A program made the position numbers and the translations under genes. Positions 28,545 to 42,795 of a stretch of DNA of 64,000 nt are shown here, piece by piece. Each line of letters starts with the position of its first letter. Position 1 is the first letter of the stretch. The notes under the pieces are model-generated. The model saw only the letters and a list, made by a program, of their open reading frames with translations. It did no database searches and had not been told where the DNA came from. The stretch is from contig OZ024746.1 of NCBI GenBank assembly GCA_964016885.1, positions 27,962,001 through 28,026,000 of the forward strand, in the 5' to 3' direction. This stretch comes from Eledone cirrhosa (taxonomy: Eukaryota).

Positions 28545-28737
28545 TCCTCTATGTATATAAATATATATATAATGTATATATATATATATATGTAATATAT
28601 AGTATATATACAAATATATATATACGTATATATATATATACACACACATATACACGCATATATATATATATATATTATATATATATATATGTATGTATAT
28701 ATATATATGTATATATTATATACATATATATATGTAA

Positions 28738-28809
<72 letters not shown>

Positions 28810-28827
28810 ATATATATATATATATAT

Positions 28828-28890
28828 AGGAACGAGTAGGACCCCGACGGCTGAGCTCAAGCCGTTTCGACGGCTAATTCTGGACTCAAA
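28828..28890. mobile_element. Family A short arm only
   Basis: (TA)n-GGAACGAGTAGGACCCCGACGGCTGAGCTCAAGCCGTTTCGACGGCTAATTCTGGAC. Confidence 0.8.
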
Positions 28891-28910
28891 TATATGTATA
28901 TATTATATCC

Positions 28911-29047
<137 letters not shown>

Positions 29048-29146
29048 CATATATATATAATGAAAAATTGAACAGGGACGGAACAGAGAGGCAGTACGAT
29101 AAATGTTTATTAAATTCACGCTCAAGAGAGTGGGGGGTAGGTGGGG

Positions 29147-29179
29147 GACGACGTTTCGGGCATAAGCCCTTCTTCAGGT
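29147..29179 (-). ncRNA. Ultra-minimal hammerhead-like motif in a TA-flanked insert (29058-29360)
   Basis: Minus strand AC-CTGAAGA-aGGGC ttat GCCC-GAAA-CG-TC-GT; stem I only about 2 bp; AATAAA downstream. Confidence 0.6.
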
Positions 29180-29356
29180 GAGAGTTCAAAAGGTGTGTAG
29201 GGGAGTGGTGGAGAGACATATAGCGAAAGGAAACGGTGCGAATGAAAAATTAACAAATAAAGACAAAAATATAATAAATAATAAATAAAAATAAAGCATG
29301 ATCAAAATACAAGGAATGAGAAAATTTAAAAATAAAGGCATGATCAAAATAAACTG

Positions 29357-29430
<74 letters not shown>

Positions 29431-29497
29431 GTATATATATATTTGTATATATACCATATATACAGGGGTTGGACACAATAATAAGTATATGTATCTC

Positions 29498-30040
29498 ATC
29501 TAGGGCGGGTAAAATTCCCGAGATCCATGGACGAGTTCTCTCCAGCGGTCTCTGTCCCTCATTATCGCTGCCATGTCCTGCGTCTCCAACATACGTTAAC
29601 CTTGGTCTTCCACTTCCAGTGTGTCCATGTAGGGGCTCCCACTGCACTGAGTGCAATGTCAACTCTGGATGTCGGTGAGCATGTCCAGCTAACCTCAGTC
29701 GCCTCTGTGTCTCTTTTGAGCTGACGTTTGGGAGGCTCCCATACAGCTCTGAGTTTTTCATCCTCAGTGTATACTGATTAATGTTCAGAGCCATCCTCAG
29801 CGTTCTCGTGTAGTACCCATCCACCATCTGAGTGAGTTTCTTGGTCAGTGTCCAAGTCTCAGACCCGTACAGCAGCAGAGACTCCATCACAGCAATGAAG
29901 AGGCGGATTTTCAGGTCTCTACGAAGGTCCGATTTCCACACCGATCTCAAGCTGTGGCACGTCGCCCAGGCTTTGCTCTTCCTCTCAACCACATCATCTT
30001 CCGTATTCCCAATCTTTGCTCCCAAATACAGGAAGTCCTG
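29498..30040 (-). pseudogene. RTE-clade LINE 3' fragment
   Basis: DFLYLG..RKSKAWATCHSL..LKIRLF..LLYGSETWTLTKK..YTRTLRMALN..RRLRLAGH..GRPRLTYV. Confidence 0.9.
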
Positions 30041-30129
30041 TATATATATATATGTGTATATGTATATATATATATATATATATAGTGACGAAACATAAGT
30101 CAATTGCATGAAATCATAATCCTTTATTT

Positions 30130-30185
30130 ACTGCTATATATATTTCAATGATAGCCATTGAATGGCTATGACCTCATCGGGCAGT
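30130..30185 (-). ncRNA. Hammerhead motif related to family D with a mutated core (CCGAUGA)
   Basis: ACTGC-CCGATGA-GGTCATAGCCA ttcaa TGGCTATCATT-GAAA-TATATA-TA-GCAGT-AAATAAA. Confidence 0.7.
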
Positions 30186-30521
30186 TAGACAATTCTTAGC
30201 TATGCCAGCTCTGTGTTTATGGTGTTGATGGTATCAGAGCCTTGGGACATATATATATATATTAATAAAAGGAATTCCAACTTTGTCTGATTTACTCGTT
30301 TATTTAAAATCCTTTAAAATGTATAATGGTATTAGAATAAAATAGTATGGTAGAATATTAAATGTTAAGTGTTAATTGAACAAGTACTTTCATGTTTTCG
30401 CAATCTTCAGGTTCATATTCTGTGGTGACAGTCAAGTTTGCAATTTTTAAAAATCGTAAACTTTAAATTTCCACACTACCCCCCCCCCCCCCTTACACGA
30501 TTTATAACATTCTTAGACACA

Positions 30522-30585
<64 letters not shown>

Positions 30586-30721
30586 CACATATATATATAT
30601 ATGAAATTGTGAAATACGTACATATGTATATATGTGTGTGTATGTATATACATATATATATATATATAATATATATATATATATATGTGTGTGTGAGTGT
30701 GTGTGTGTGTGTGTGTATACG

Positions 30722-30752
<31 letters not shown>

Positions 30753-30757
30753 AGAGA

Positions 30758-30817
<60 letters not shown>

Positions 30818-30980
30818 AAGAGAGAGAGAGAAATTACGAGAGATTCCGAGTTAAATCGGGTGTATCACAGTTTAAGAGGTACTCAATCCATTAGTAGAGT
30901 GTAAACATCATTATTCAATATAGAAATGACTTCTACAAGACTAGAACTGTTTCATTCGTATAGAAGTCATTTCTATATTA

Positions 30981-31370
30981 ATAATTGTTTCTATGTTAGG
31001 CACAAGGCCAGCAATAACCCAGTGCATTACTGGTACTTTATGTTATCGACCCCGTAAGGATGAAAGGCAAAGTTAACCTTGGCAGGATTTGAACTCAGAA
31101 AGGCAAGGGCCGTAACTCTATACGTCAAAGCATGGCGTCCAACCCTCTACCAATACTGCCAATCCGCCGCCCTATATATATAATTGTTTCTACTTTTAGG
31201 CACAAGGCCAGCAATTACCCAGTGCATTACTGGTACGTTATTTTATCGACCCCGTAAGGATGAAAGGTAAAGTCAACCTCGGCGGGATTTGAACTCAGAT
31301 CGTAAAGGGACGTAACTATGCTGGAAAGCATGGCGTCCGACCCTCTACCGATACTGCCAATCCACCGCCC
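30981..31370 (-). mobile_element. Two head-to-tail full-length SINEs
   Basis: Units 30981-31172 and 31181-31370; each begins AGGGCGGYGGATTGGCAGTAT on the minus strand. Confidence 0.9.
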
Positions 31371-31424
31371 TATATATATATATATAATGATATATATAAT
31401 GATATATATAAGAAGATATATATA

Positions 31425-31952
31425 GAAGAGCAAAGCCTGGGCGGCGTGTCACAGTCTGAAGTCGGTGTGAAAGTCGGGCCTTCGTAAAGACCTGAAGATC
31501 CGTGTCTTCGTTGCTGTAGTCGAGTCTGTGTTGCTGTACGGGTCTGAGACTTGGACACTGACCAAGAGACTCACTCCGATGGTGGATGGGTACTACATGA
31601 GAATGCAGAGGATGGCTCTGAACATTAATAAGTATACACTGAGGATGGAGAACTCAGAGTTGTACTGGAGCCGCCCCCCCCCAAAAAAAAAGAAAAGTCA
31701 TTTCGAAAATAGCACAGAGGATACTGAGGTTAGCTGGACATGCCCACCGACATTCAGACACTGCACTCAGTGATCCTGTGGGAGCCCCAGCACGGACACA
31801 CTAGAAGAGGGAGACCGAGGTTGACATATGTTGATGCCCTAAGGACAGACACCGGTCACTTGGAGACATGGCAGGACATGGCAGCGATGATGAGGGACAG
31901 AGACCGCTGGAGAGAACTCGTCCATGGATCTCGGGAATTTTACCCGCCCTAG
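31425..31952 (+). pseudogene. RTE-clade LINE 3' fragment
   Basis: LLYGSETWTLTKRL..RMALN..GRPRLTYVDALRTDTG..RDRWRELV; same 3' end TTTTACCCGCCCTAGAT as 29498. Confidence 0.9.
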
Positions 31953-32067
31953 ATAGATAGATAGATATATGGCAGTTGTTTTTATTAGATCCTTAGCAAC
32001 GTTTGAATCTTTTCTGATTATCTCTTGCGTTTGTTTTCTCCATTTCCTTGGTTTATTATGGTATATA

Positions 32068-32130
<63 letters not shown>

Positions 32131-32222
32131 GCATGTATATATAAATACGTTTATTTTTGTATTCATCATTCTCTCGAGTCCTCTACTTCATTCTTAATTC
32201 ATGTAATGTGTGTGTGTATATG

Positions 32223-32293
<71 letters not shown>

Positions 32294-32568
32294 TCCCCCA
32301 CCCCCCAACACACACATACACGCACACACATATCTTCCTCCTTCCTTCTTACTTTAATAATAACCTTGATAACATCTGGCTTGTTGCCAACTTTGTCTAA
32401 CACTCATACTTTTCAAACACACTGCACGCAAATCATTATTTACGTTCCACAAAGGCAGAAGCAAAGGATTGCTCTTATTAGATTTACGGACGACTAAACA
32501 TAACACAATGGAGTATAATATGTATTTCTAGAGAACGTCGCCATTTGAACAGGTAGATTGATATATAG

Positions 32569-32599
<31 letters not shown>

Positions 32600-32616
32600 G
32601 ATAGATAGATAGATGC

Positions 32617-32656
<40 letters not shown>

Positions 32657-33112
32657 ATATTGTTCTTAAATATACCCATTAATGTCAGCCAGATAGCAAA
32701 ACTGGCAAACTTAGAAAGATTACAATGCAAATATATAAAGGCGGATAATAATGATAATAAATGTTCTCTCTCTCTTTCTCTCTCACTCACACACACACAC
32801 ACACACACACATACATACACGCATACACACATACATACACACATATATATACACAGATACACATACATACACACATTTACATACATCCACATATGCAGAA
32901 ACAAATTAACACACATACTAACTGATGCATGTACTTACACATATATTTATATAGTTTTATAGTTATTTCGACTTTACTTTTGTTCAGTGCATGTTTTGAA
33001 CATAACAACCAATCAAATAGGCATATATATATATATATATATATGTATATATGTGTGTGAGTAGTGTCTGTCACCTTGTATCAATGTATTTACACGTATA
33101 TATATATATATA

Positions 33113-33837
33113 TAAGAATATTTTCGAAACAGCGAGTTGGTTTGAAATTATTAGAAATGTAAGCTATCGCCGTATTTTGACTAAAGAAATTAAAGAAATT
33201 ATTTAGCCTGATAGCGGGGTTAAGAACCCTCGGAGAAATGGAAAAAGATGAGTATTGACGTACATTGGAGTCGAACCCACATCTTTGGTTATCCGGAGCA
33301 CTGTGTTACCATTTACACCAACACATCACCCGTCTTTTTCCATTCAAATTAGAAGCTATAAACTTAGCGACTGTAATGTCAAGTAAGAATATTTTCGAAA
33401 CAGCGAGTTGGTTTGAAATTATTAAAAATGTAAGCTATCGCCGTATTTTGACTAAAGAAATTAAAGAAATTATTTAGCCTGATAGTGAGGTTAAGAACCC
33501 TCGGAGAAATGGAAAAAGATGAGTATTGACGTACATGGGAGTCGAACCCACATCTTTGGTTATCCGGAGCACTGTGCTACCATTTACACCAACACATCAC
33601 CCGTCTTTTTCCATTCAAATTAGAAGCCATAAACTTAGCGACTGTAATGTCAAGTAAGAATATTTTCGAAACAGCGAGTTGGTTTGAAATTATTAGAAAT
33701 GTAAGCTATCGCCGTATTTTGACATGTACGTCAATACTATCTTTCTCCATTTCTCCGAGGGTTCTTAACCCCACTATCAGGCTAAATAATTTCTTGAATT
33801 TCTTCAGTCAAAATACGGCGATAGCTTACATTTCTAA

Positions 33838-33842
<5 letters not shown>
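33113..33842. mobile_element. TA-flanked 271-bp tandem (2.25 units) plus inverted arm, family G
   Basis: TAAGAATATTTTCGAAAC at about 33113, 33384 and 33655. 33724-33842 is the reverse complement of about 33147-33263. Confidence 0.9.
33527..33598 (-). pseudogene. tRNA-like Pol III cassette (second copy at 33256-33327)
   Basis: GATGTGT/GTACGTC acceptor stem, GTGT/GCAC D-stem with TGGTGTAAATGG A-box, GTGGG-TTCGACT-CCCAT T-arm. Anticodon stem largely unpaired. TTTTT about 10 nt downstream. Confidence 0.7.
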
Positions 33843-33886
<44 letters not shown>

Positions 33887-33888
<2 letters not shown>

Positions 33889-34054
33889 CGAAGGAAATGT
33901 GGTAAGGAACCAGATGGACCATCACGCACCAGAGTACTCAATACTTAGAGTAGTAGAGTGGGTAATAGGAAAAAGTATGACCCCGACGGCAGAGCTCAAG
34001 CCGTTTCGACGGCTATTTCTGGACCCAAATATTTCAGTCCAGAAATAGCCGTCG
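33887..34054. mobile_element. Family A element
   Basis: (TA)n-ACGAAGG terminus; terminal hairpin CGACGGCTATTTCTGGAC/GTCCAGAAATAGCCGTCG. Confidence 0.85.
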
Positions 34055-34065
34055 TATATATATAT

Positions 34066-34124
<59 letters not shown>

Positions 34125-34129
<5 letters not shown>

Positions 34130-35060
34130 TAAAATTCCCGAGATCCATGGACGAGTTCTATCAAGCGGTCTCTCTCCTTCATCATCGCCACTATGTCCCG
34201 CGTGTCCCAAAACCAATGGCTATCCTTAAGGTATCAACATATGTCATCTTCGATCTCTCTCTTCCAGTGTGTACGTGTAGGGTCTTCACAGGACCACTGA
34301 GTGCAGAGTCAACTCTGAATGTCGGTGAGCATGTACAGCTGACCTCAGTCTTATCTGTGTCACGTTCGAGCTGACTTTTTGGAGGCTCCATAGGGCTCTT
34401 AGTTCTTCATCCTCAGTATATACTGATTAATGTTCAGAGCCATCGTCAACATCCTCGTGTAGCACCCATCCACAATACAATATGTGTGAGTGTCTTGGAC
34501 GGTGTTCAAGTCTCAGACCTGTATAACCGCACAGACTCCGCTGTAGCGACGAAGAGACGGATCTTCAGGTTTTTACGAAGGTCCGACTTCTACACCGACC
34601 CCAAACTGTGATACGTCGCCCAAACCTTCCTCGTTTTCCCCACCACATCATCCTCTCTGTTCCTAATCTTCCCAGATACAGGAAGTCTCCAACCAGCACT
34701 AGCTGCTTCCCACCCACATTCATAATCTTCTCTGATTTCTTGATGTTCTCTACCAGATACTTCGTCTTACTCTCATTCATTCTGAGCCCCACATTCATCG
34801 ACACAGTCTCCACCTCGCATCAACTCCTTTGCCTTCTTCACTGTGTGGTCAGCTAATTCCGCATCTGATATCATTTTAGCCTTACCTCACCTGCTCTGAT
34901 CCGTTGTTACAGGTAACCCCGAGTCCTGGTGTTTCTCCAGTGCAAGGCTCATACAATAGTCCACTGCGATGATGAAAAGGTAGGGAGCCAATGTATCGCT
35001 TTTGAGCACTCTAGCCACTATCTGAAAGAACTCCATCATCTCGTCAGGATCTAAACACGG
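34125..35060 (-). pseudogene. Longer RTE-clade LINE fragment including RT motifs
   Basis: FFQIVARVLKSDTLAPYLFIIAVDYCM, VGLRMNESKTKY, DFLYLG; many frameshifts. Confidence 0.85.
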
Positions 35061-36464
35061 ACCTTTCGATAGCGCAACAAACTGCTTACCCACTTTCGTT
35101 ATACTGTGTGCACAAACTGTGAATAGTATACCTCCCTCTTTCCGTCGATGAGCGTTCCATTTATTTGATCAACGGAACATCGAGCTCGTGAAATTAACGT
35201 CTTAAGTGGCTGAGCATTTTACAGACAGGCTTAATTCTGAGGGAAATGCAGCGTGACACGTTGTCTAACCTGGATAGGCATTCGAATTTCAAGTCATTAT
35301 TGCCAGCTGAGTAAGACTGGAGCAAAGTGAAAAATAGTGATTTACTCAAATACATACCGCGCATTCGGGAATCGGAGTATGACCTTACAATCGTAAACCG
35401 AACACCCAAAGCAGTAAGCCACCCAACATCACACAAACTATATAATTAGCTTACGATCAATACTAAAGTTGTTTACACATTGCTAAATTAATCATAGGTA
35501 TGTTTTGTTAAAGTTAGCTGTGCATTCACTGCCATTAACCCGAGATAGACTTCTCTGAAGGCCATTCATATCTATTTCATGTGAACCAATCTCTATGAAT
35601 AGAAATGAATTGTATATGCCATCTACTTTATAGCTAATTATTTTCGATCATTGGCAACATAGATTAATTGTAATAGTACCAATGTTTACTCAATTTATCG
35701 GTTGTTCACCTACCACTGCAGACATTAACAGGATATTGTTCTTAGAGGCAATTAAATTACATGCTTTCTGTTTATCAATCATATATACTGTTACAAAATT
35801 AAATTTAACCATTGAACTGCGTGGGTTAGAGGATGTGAGCAATTCAAGAGGAAGCGTTTACGTTATCGCTCAACCTGTGGGAAATAGCAATGAAATCTTA
35901 CTTAAATCCTACCATACTGTCTTATGTAAAAGAAAGTAAAGTTGGATAGTGTGCTACTAAATAAATGATCGAGTAGTCATGGCTGGATCTCTTAGGTCGA
36001 ATGTGACTACTCGATCAGGTCTTACCTGGGGTTAAACATCAACAACAACAACAACAACAACAACAGACTATGTAATGATATTTATTGAACCTAGTTATAT
36101 TTCTATTTTAATATTTAGTACGGGTGAAGAGTTATATTTTGGCGGGCCTCAAGAACAGGAGTGAGGGCGGTCACACCTAGTACTGACAAGTATGGGTATG
36201 GGAGAAGGTACATAGTATCAGAGATAGATCTGGGAGAGGGAAGGAGTAAAGTATCATAGATATGTGTGAAGGAGGGCGCAGTAAATTGGGACCTCAACCG
36301 AATAAACTGGCAACATTGCGAACTGCTTCAACCACACTCAAGTATTGAACTGGGCGACGGTTTAAATTTATCATTAAAAATTAAGATTTATATATACGTG
36401 ACCGTGTGTGTATGGATGCATGCTTGTATATATGTACATGCCTATGTCTACACAAACATCTCTA

Positions 36465-36585
<121 letters not shown>

Positions 36586-38010
36586 CTTATTTATGATCTC
36601 ATCTAAATTCTGTCATAACTTCCTCAAGGATATATTCATTAGATTTCCGTCTGTTAGACAATTGTTATCACAATACCATTATATATAGTCAACATCCATA
36701 GATCCTCTTCATGTTCTCTGAGTATTCCAACAGCCCCATCGCCTCATCTCTTATTTTAATGAACCATAAATTAGTTTGGCTGTTGTAAGTTGATGGCGTT
36801 GTAAGATAAGTTACTTCCATCTTCCTGTCTCTGGATAAGGTTAGCTTAGCTGGCGTAAAATTAGTTAATACGGCCAGTGCCGCTCAATGATAAAGTATTT
36901 AAAACATCTGTGATAATGAACAAGTTTCTAAATCACACTCACATATATCTATATGTGAATATATATGTATATATACACACACAGACACACACAAATATAT
37001 GTATATATATATATATAGTGTGTGTGTGTATATATAGAAGCAAAGCAGGATCACGGTGGATGTCGGTGTTTCAAACCCTTTTGTGTGGTTACGACACAAC
37101 CTTCCATATGTTGTTTAGTTAAAATATAATTATCCTGACAAATCGCTGCAAGTGTTTAAAAGAAAGATGGTAGTTATTTCCTTTCCCATATTTTTACTGT
37201 TTAGCCAAACAAAGAATAGCAGTGCCTGTGACACTTTTTGGAACCTCTGAGACTTGTGCGGAGTAGAAAAGAACCCTCCAACCACATATCTAGCTTGAAC
37301 GCTTATAAAAAATTGAAATTCACTAAATATACCCAAGTCTTTTCTGGTCGGAATCTTAAAACAAAGACTGATTAAGTCTGCCATCAGAATTTTAAATGAT
37401 TTAGTAAAATAGCTAAATTTCCCATTATTAATATAGTGATAGATGATAACTTGGAAAAGTTTCGTTGATAAAATTATGTGAGGTTTTTACATACACATAG
37501 ACAATTTAATCCTATTGTTACTATATTTTTAAAGAAAGATGATTTTTTCAGATGATTTTTCTTTTTAAATAATGAAGGATTTGGAAATATTTTGTAATAT
37601 AATTAACTTTTCTGAACATATTTTAACAAATCCTCTTCCATAAAATAATGGAAGTTTTGTTTGCATTACTTTAAAAGAAAATAGTTATGAACCATAGACC
37701 TAGGTGGTGATTTTAGGTGGGTTTTGTATCAAATGTATTAAACACCGCAATTTTGAATTCAGATTTGCAAAATGGTTAAAATCAGAAGATGGAATTATCC
37801 GATGATGCATTATGTTGGATGTGCGACAAGATGTTAGCATGAAAGTAGTAACAAAAACCAGCTATGTTTAGAAGATGTAGTCACAATTTTAACCATCTCT
37901 TTCAACACGGACTTCCCAACTGAACTTATAGTCACGCATTTGAATATCAAACATAATCACCTGCATGACCATTATTCAACGTGCCAGTTGATGATTTGAT
38001 GTAATGCATA

Positions 38011-38041
<31 letters not shown>

Positions 38042-38102
38042 TATATATATATATATATCGATAATATTAATAAATGAAAACTATCTTTATAAAACCATAT
38101 TT

Positions 38103-38161
38103 ATGTTATTATATATATTTCATGGGTACCAACATTTTGGTACGCTCTCATCAGATAAAAT
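38103..38161 (-). ncRNA. Minimal hammerhead (family C, left arm)
   Basis: ATTTTAT-CTGATGA-gagcGTACCAA..TTGGTACccat-GAAA-TATATA-TA-ATAACAT. Confidence 0.7.
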
Positions 38162-38280
38162 ACAAAAGATGATTTACAGATAGTGACATATTCAGACAAG
38201 AACTTAATGTTGTGAGTTCTATTTGAATAGAACATTAAGTTGTTGTCTGAATATGTCACTATCTGTAAACCAACTTTTGT

Positions 38281-38338
38281 ATTTTATCTGATGAGGGCGT
38301 GCCAAATTTTGGTACCCTTGAAATATATATAATAAAAT
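38281..38338 (+). ncRNA. Minimal hammerhead (family C, right arm)
   Basis: ATTTTAT-CTGATGA-GGGCGTGCCAA att TTGGTACCCTT-GAAA-TATATA-TA-ATAAAAT. Confidence 0.85.
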
Positions 38339-38591
38339 GAATATGATTTTATTATTATTATTGATATTCTTGCCATTCTGAGTTCAAATCCCGCCGAGGT
38401 TAACTTTGCTTTTCATCCTTTCGGGGTCGATAAAATAAAGTACCAGTAATGCACTGGGTGATTGCTGGCCTTGTGCCAAATGTAGAAACAATTATTATTA
38501 TTGATATTATACTCCAGAAGAAACTGTTGAGTGCTTCTAATCTGTTATAAATTAAGTTTGTTGAATAATCAATAAATTAAATAACTCATTG

Positions 38592-38670
<79 letters not shown>

Positions 38671-38673
<3 letters not shown>

Positions 38674-38910
38674 GGGAGTGTAACTTGGAGTTACTGTAGG
38701 TTCACCCGGGAGAGCACTCGATGTTTAGGTTCACTTCTGTGTTGAGGTGTAGAGCTAGACAGAGTGTAATATATTGAAAGGATAACAAGGATGATTGGTT
38801 ACTCCTTCATTACATTTATTGGTTGGTGACGCGCGTTTTGCCACTGATCAGCTCAGGGTTCGATCTCTATCGATCTTACCCGACACTGTAATCTGCGGCT
38901 CGTCGGACCT
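38671..38910 (-). mobile_element. Family B copy
   Basis: Reverse complement of about 7595-7832; both copies end at the same point next to (TA)n. Confidence 0.8.
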
Positions 38911-41900
38911 CTCTCTCTCTCTCTATATATATATATAGAGAGAGAGAGAGAGACATGTGAGTGTGTGTTGTAATATATATATATATATAGGGTGGGGGGG
39001 GGCAGTCTATATGTGCGTATGTGTGTGTTTGTGTTGTAATATATATATATATATATGTGTAGTAGTAGTAGTAGTAGTAGTATGTGCTGTAATGTGGTGT
39101 GCTGCGATGGCATTTAACACTTTACATGTTTCATCGGTGACGTTTGACGTTTTTAATGTTTTACAGTTAGCTTAATAGAATCAAGATTTTTCAAATAAAC
39201 ATGCGTTCTTAGAAACATGGCCAAGGGAAACCTAATGACGCCTTCTGCGAGAAGAATAAATAGTGATTTAGATGCTAAAGATCTTAATATTGCGAGCCAA
39301 GTAATTTTAATTAAGTACATTACACTTTGATTAGAAATATTAAAACGGTGGCATAATGAGTAAGTCAGGTCGAAAAAGACACGCAAGACAACTTTGAGAT
39401 ATAGATTTATAATATTGTTTAGAAATAGAATTATGAATTCGCAACACAGGATTGAAACTTGTCTGGCTGGTCCCCTCTGTTCTGCCAGGAAGTTATTGTA
39501 TATATAACGGATAAATTGGTTGCATCTTTCTATGTATACAGTGTTGGCTTAAAATCTACATCGATATTTTGTGGTACATTGTACCATATAAATAGAATAT
39601 CCTGAGTATATTTTAAAATGTCTAAGATAATTTTCCTACAATAAACTTAGTACAAGTCAATGTCTTACAATTGACTTTGTTATTTCCTCGAAAAAATAAT
39701 GTAAGTTGAAAAAATAAAGAAATTTAGTACGTTTGAATTCTGAAAACAAGTTAAGTGGTACCATTAACTATAGGATATTTCCAGCGTAGAAGTTATCAAG
39801 TCATTAAAAACAGTTTCTATCAGGTTATTTCAGTTGTGTTCGATTTAAGATGAAATAAATTGCAGCAGAAAATAAATTGATTCTGATAGGGATCAATCGT
39901 ACATATCTAGCCATTAATTGTCGAGAGGTTTTAATGATTAACAAAGAACGCAAATACAAACCAATAATGAATAACAGATTCAAATAGAGTTCAATACACC
40001 GTTCTGTCCCATAAGACATTAATATGACTCATTTAAAACGTCTGACTGTTGTGACACCAGACTAATATCTAAACTATTAAACATCCCTGATCATGAGGTT
40101 GTGCCTAGAAAGTTACTCTCAAACTGGGACAGGTGGGGCTTTTTGTGTTCTGGGAGTCACCTATGCATTCTAGTCTCCCTTCTCCACGTTACTGATGTTG
40201 CCCAAGGGTAAGACAAAGGCCGAAACAGCTTGGTACTAATTATATAGCAACTCATATATAAACTATATATACACCATATCCATTATATATGATGTTGTCT
40301 AAAGGTAAGGCAAAGGCCGATACAGCTTGTCACTAATGATGTAGTAACTCATACACTACATATATATATACACTGTATATGATGTTTTCCAAGGAAAAAG
40401 CAAAGGCCAGCACCAATATCATTCTAATTCAATTTTTCCAGCTGAGTGGACTGAATCAATGGGAAATAAAGTGTGTTACTCAAAGACAACACACCGCCAG
40501 GTCCAGAAATCGAACTTACGAACTTACAATCGTGAGCTGATAATGATGTTGTCATAAAAAAGTGTACTCAGTAGGACAACATTAAAACTGTGATATAAAA
40601 CAACATTGTTAAAGTGGATTAATCACGTGCCATATCAACTGCCACCGTATATTTAATGTCATCTAACTGACACACACAAATAACAGTTAAATATTTCCTC
40701 TCCAAAAGGCAGCGAATATTTGTAGAGGATATTATTTAAAAGGTTATTTTCTCTATTCTGCAGTCCCAAGTGAACCTATTGAACTTCTGGAGGTGGTTGC
40801 TATAGCTGTGAAGCAGGAGATTAATTATTCATTAGATACTGTCTGGTAATTAAAAAGAAAAGATGAGAAGATAGATAACAAGATGCTAGGCAGATAAAAG
40901 ATGAGACAAAAACGAAAGTCAGAAAGAGTGTGTTTATTCAAAACTATTCACACATGATTTAATTTAGTGTTTTATCTGGGCTTTTTTCTAATTTATAAGC
41001 AGAAGTTTATAGAAATTCGACAATTAGAATTATTAAGAAGCATTATGAAATATGTATGCGGTTAAGTTTGTTTTGGGAAATCTAATACAGGAAATAAACG
41101 AAGGAGAACGAAAATAAAGTAAGAGAAAACACATCAATATTTTGCTATTATGATGTTATATTTCTTGTTATTATATTTCATAAAATTATTATAAATTTTG
41201 ACAATAATTTCTCATAGATCAACAAATGATCTGGAGCGGATTTCTACGTGATAATTTCTACAGTTGTCCAATGTGTTATTTGGGAAGACAGTTGGTTGTA
41301 ATTAAAGCGAGATATAGCTGTTGTTTCTCACGGGCTGAAGTAGAGGCTCCTTCGTTGCCTGAGATAAATGTGTTTATTTGTTTATGTATTATCTTATATA
41401 CTGTTTAGGAATGTTGGAGCCTTGTGAAGTATTGAGTGTAATACAGCTTAAAAGTATAAGATAAACTGCTGTTTTAAGAATTACTGTAAATGTATCACAC
41501 ACAAAATGTTTTTACTGACTCGTGTTGTTGGTGTGTTAGGAGAATATAGTGTAAAATTAATTCTTTGTACGTATATTGAGTGTCTTGAAGTTATTTGTTG
41601 GCTGTTGTTGTTGGTGGTGCTGCGTTGAAAGAGTGTAGTGAATGTCTAGTTTCTCAAATTGTGTATTGATTGTGTTGTTGTTGTTGAATGAGACAATGAG
41701 ACTAGCTTGTCATGTGTCAATAACGAATAATTTAGTTTTAATAGGAATGTTCTAATGTTCTAAGGATTTTGCAAGCATACCACGAGCTTCTATTTTGCTT
41801 GGAGCCTTTTAATTATTTTGAAGTATGTGTGAATATCATTCCAGCTGTGTAACGACATAGAAATCTTGATATCAGGTTAGCCATTCAATCGGAAATTGAG

Positions 41901-42755
41901 ATGATTGTACAATAAATGTTTTCTATTTCTTTTATATATTTCTTCAAAAAACATATATCTCTTCGGTACCAACAACTACAAACCAGATATAAATCGTGAT
42001 TTGAATCAGCGAGAAGAGAAAATGCAAATCTGAATATATTTAGTTTATTTTATTGCATGACAGAAGTATTAATTCCAGAAAAGATTTTCATTATCTCCAA
42101 CATATATTTCTCTGCATTATCATTATTTAATTGATTTGTTTCAATGAAAACTAGAAATGAAACGAACTGAAAACATTGAGAGAGTTTACTTGTTACTTCT
42201 GTGAAGATATCAACTGATAATATTTCACTATTTCATACGGACTAGATTCCAGATAATTTCAACTAAGGCATTCTTTATCTGTTTCTTCGAAATGATAATT
42301 CAATTCTTTTAATATCAATTTGTCCAAATATTAACTGCACATAAAAAACTGTATTAGTGGTTATTAAGTACTTCAGAAGTGAAGACTAGTGGCCTAGTGG
42401 TTAGACTATTGTAATCACGATCATAAAGTTGCTAATCCGATTTCTGCATCTAGCGCTCTGTGCTATTGAGCAAGACGCTTTATTTCACATTGCTTTTTAT
42501 GATGGCATCGAGGCCCCCGTCACCAAAACACCCCAAAAAACCTCCTATGAGACGCAAAGCTGTAGGAAGCCAGCAAAATCTGTATGTGTTTACCATTAAC
42601 GTCAACTACTTCATAAGTATCGGAAGTTCAATTCAAATTGGTCATGGAGATCAATATATATATATATATATATATATTTTACCATTAATTATATTGGTAA
42701 TATTGGCTTTCTGTTATATATAATGAAACTTGCCTTCGCTAGTTCCATGTCAAAG

Positions 42756-42795
<40 letters not shown>

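Larger units (their letters stand above)
38057..38595. mobile_element. Family C fold-back with two HHRs and a truncated SINE insert (about 38375-38500)
   Basis: Arms about 38090-38218 and 38223-38352. The long arm resumes after the SINE and ends CATTGCT(TA)n. Confidence 0.85.

Noticed and set aside
33527-33598. Functional tRNA gene
   Set aside because: Anticodon stem does not pair and U33 is absent; reported as tRNA-like only.
39159-39306. Possible host exon (TTTTACAG acceptor, MAKGNLMTPSARRINSDLDAKDLNIASQ, GTAATT donor)
   Set aside because: Short, no recognisable homology and no supporting neighbouring exons.
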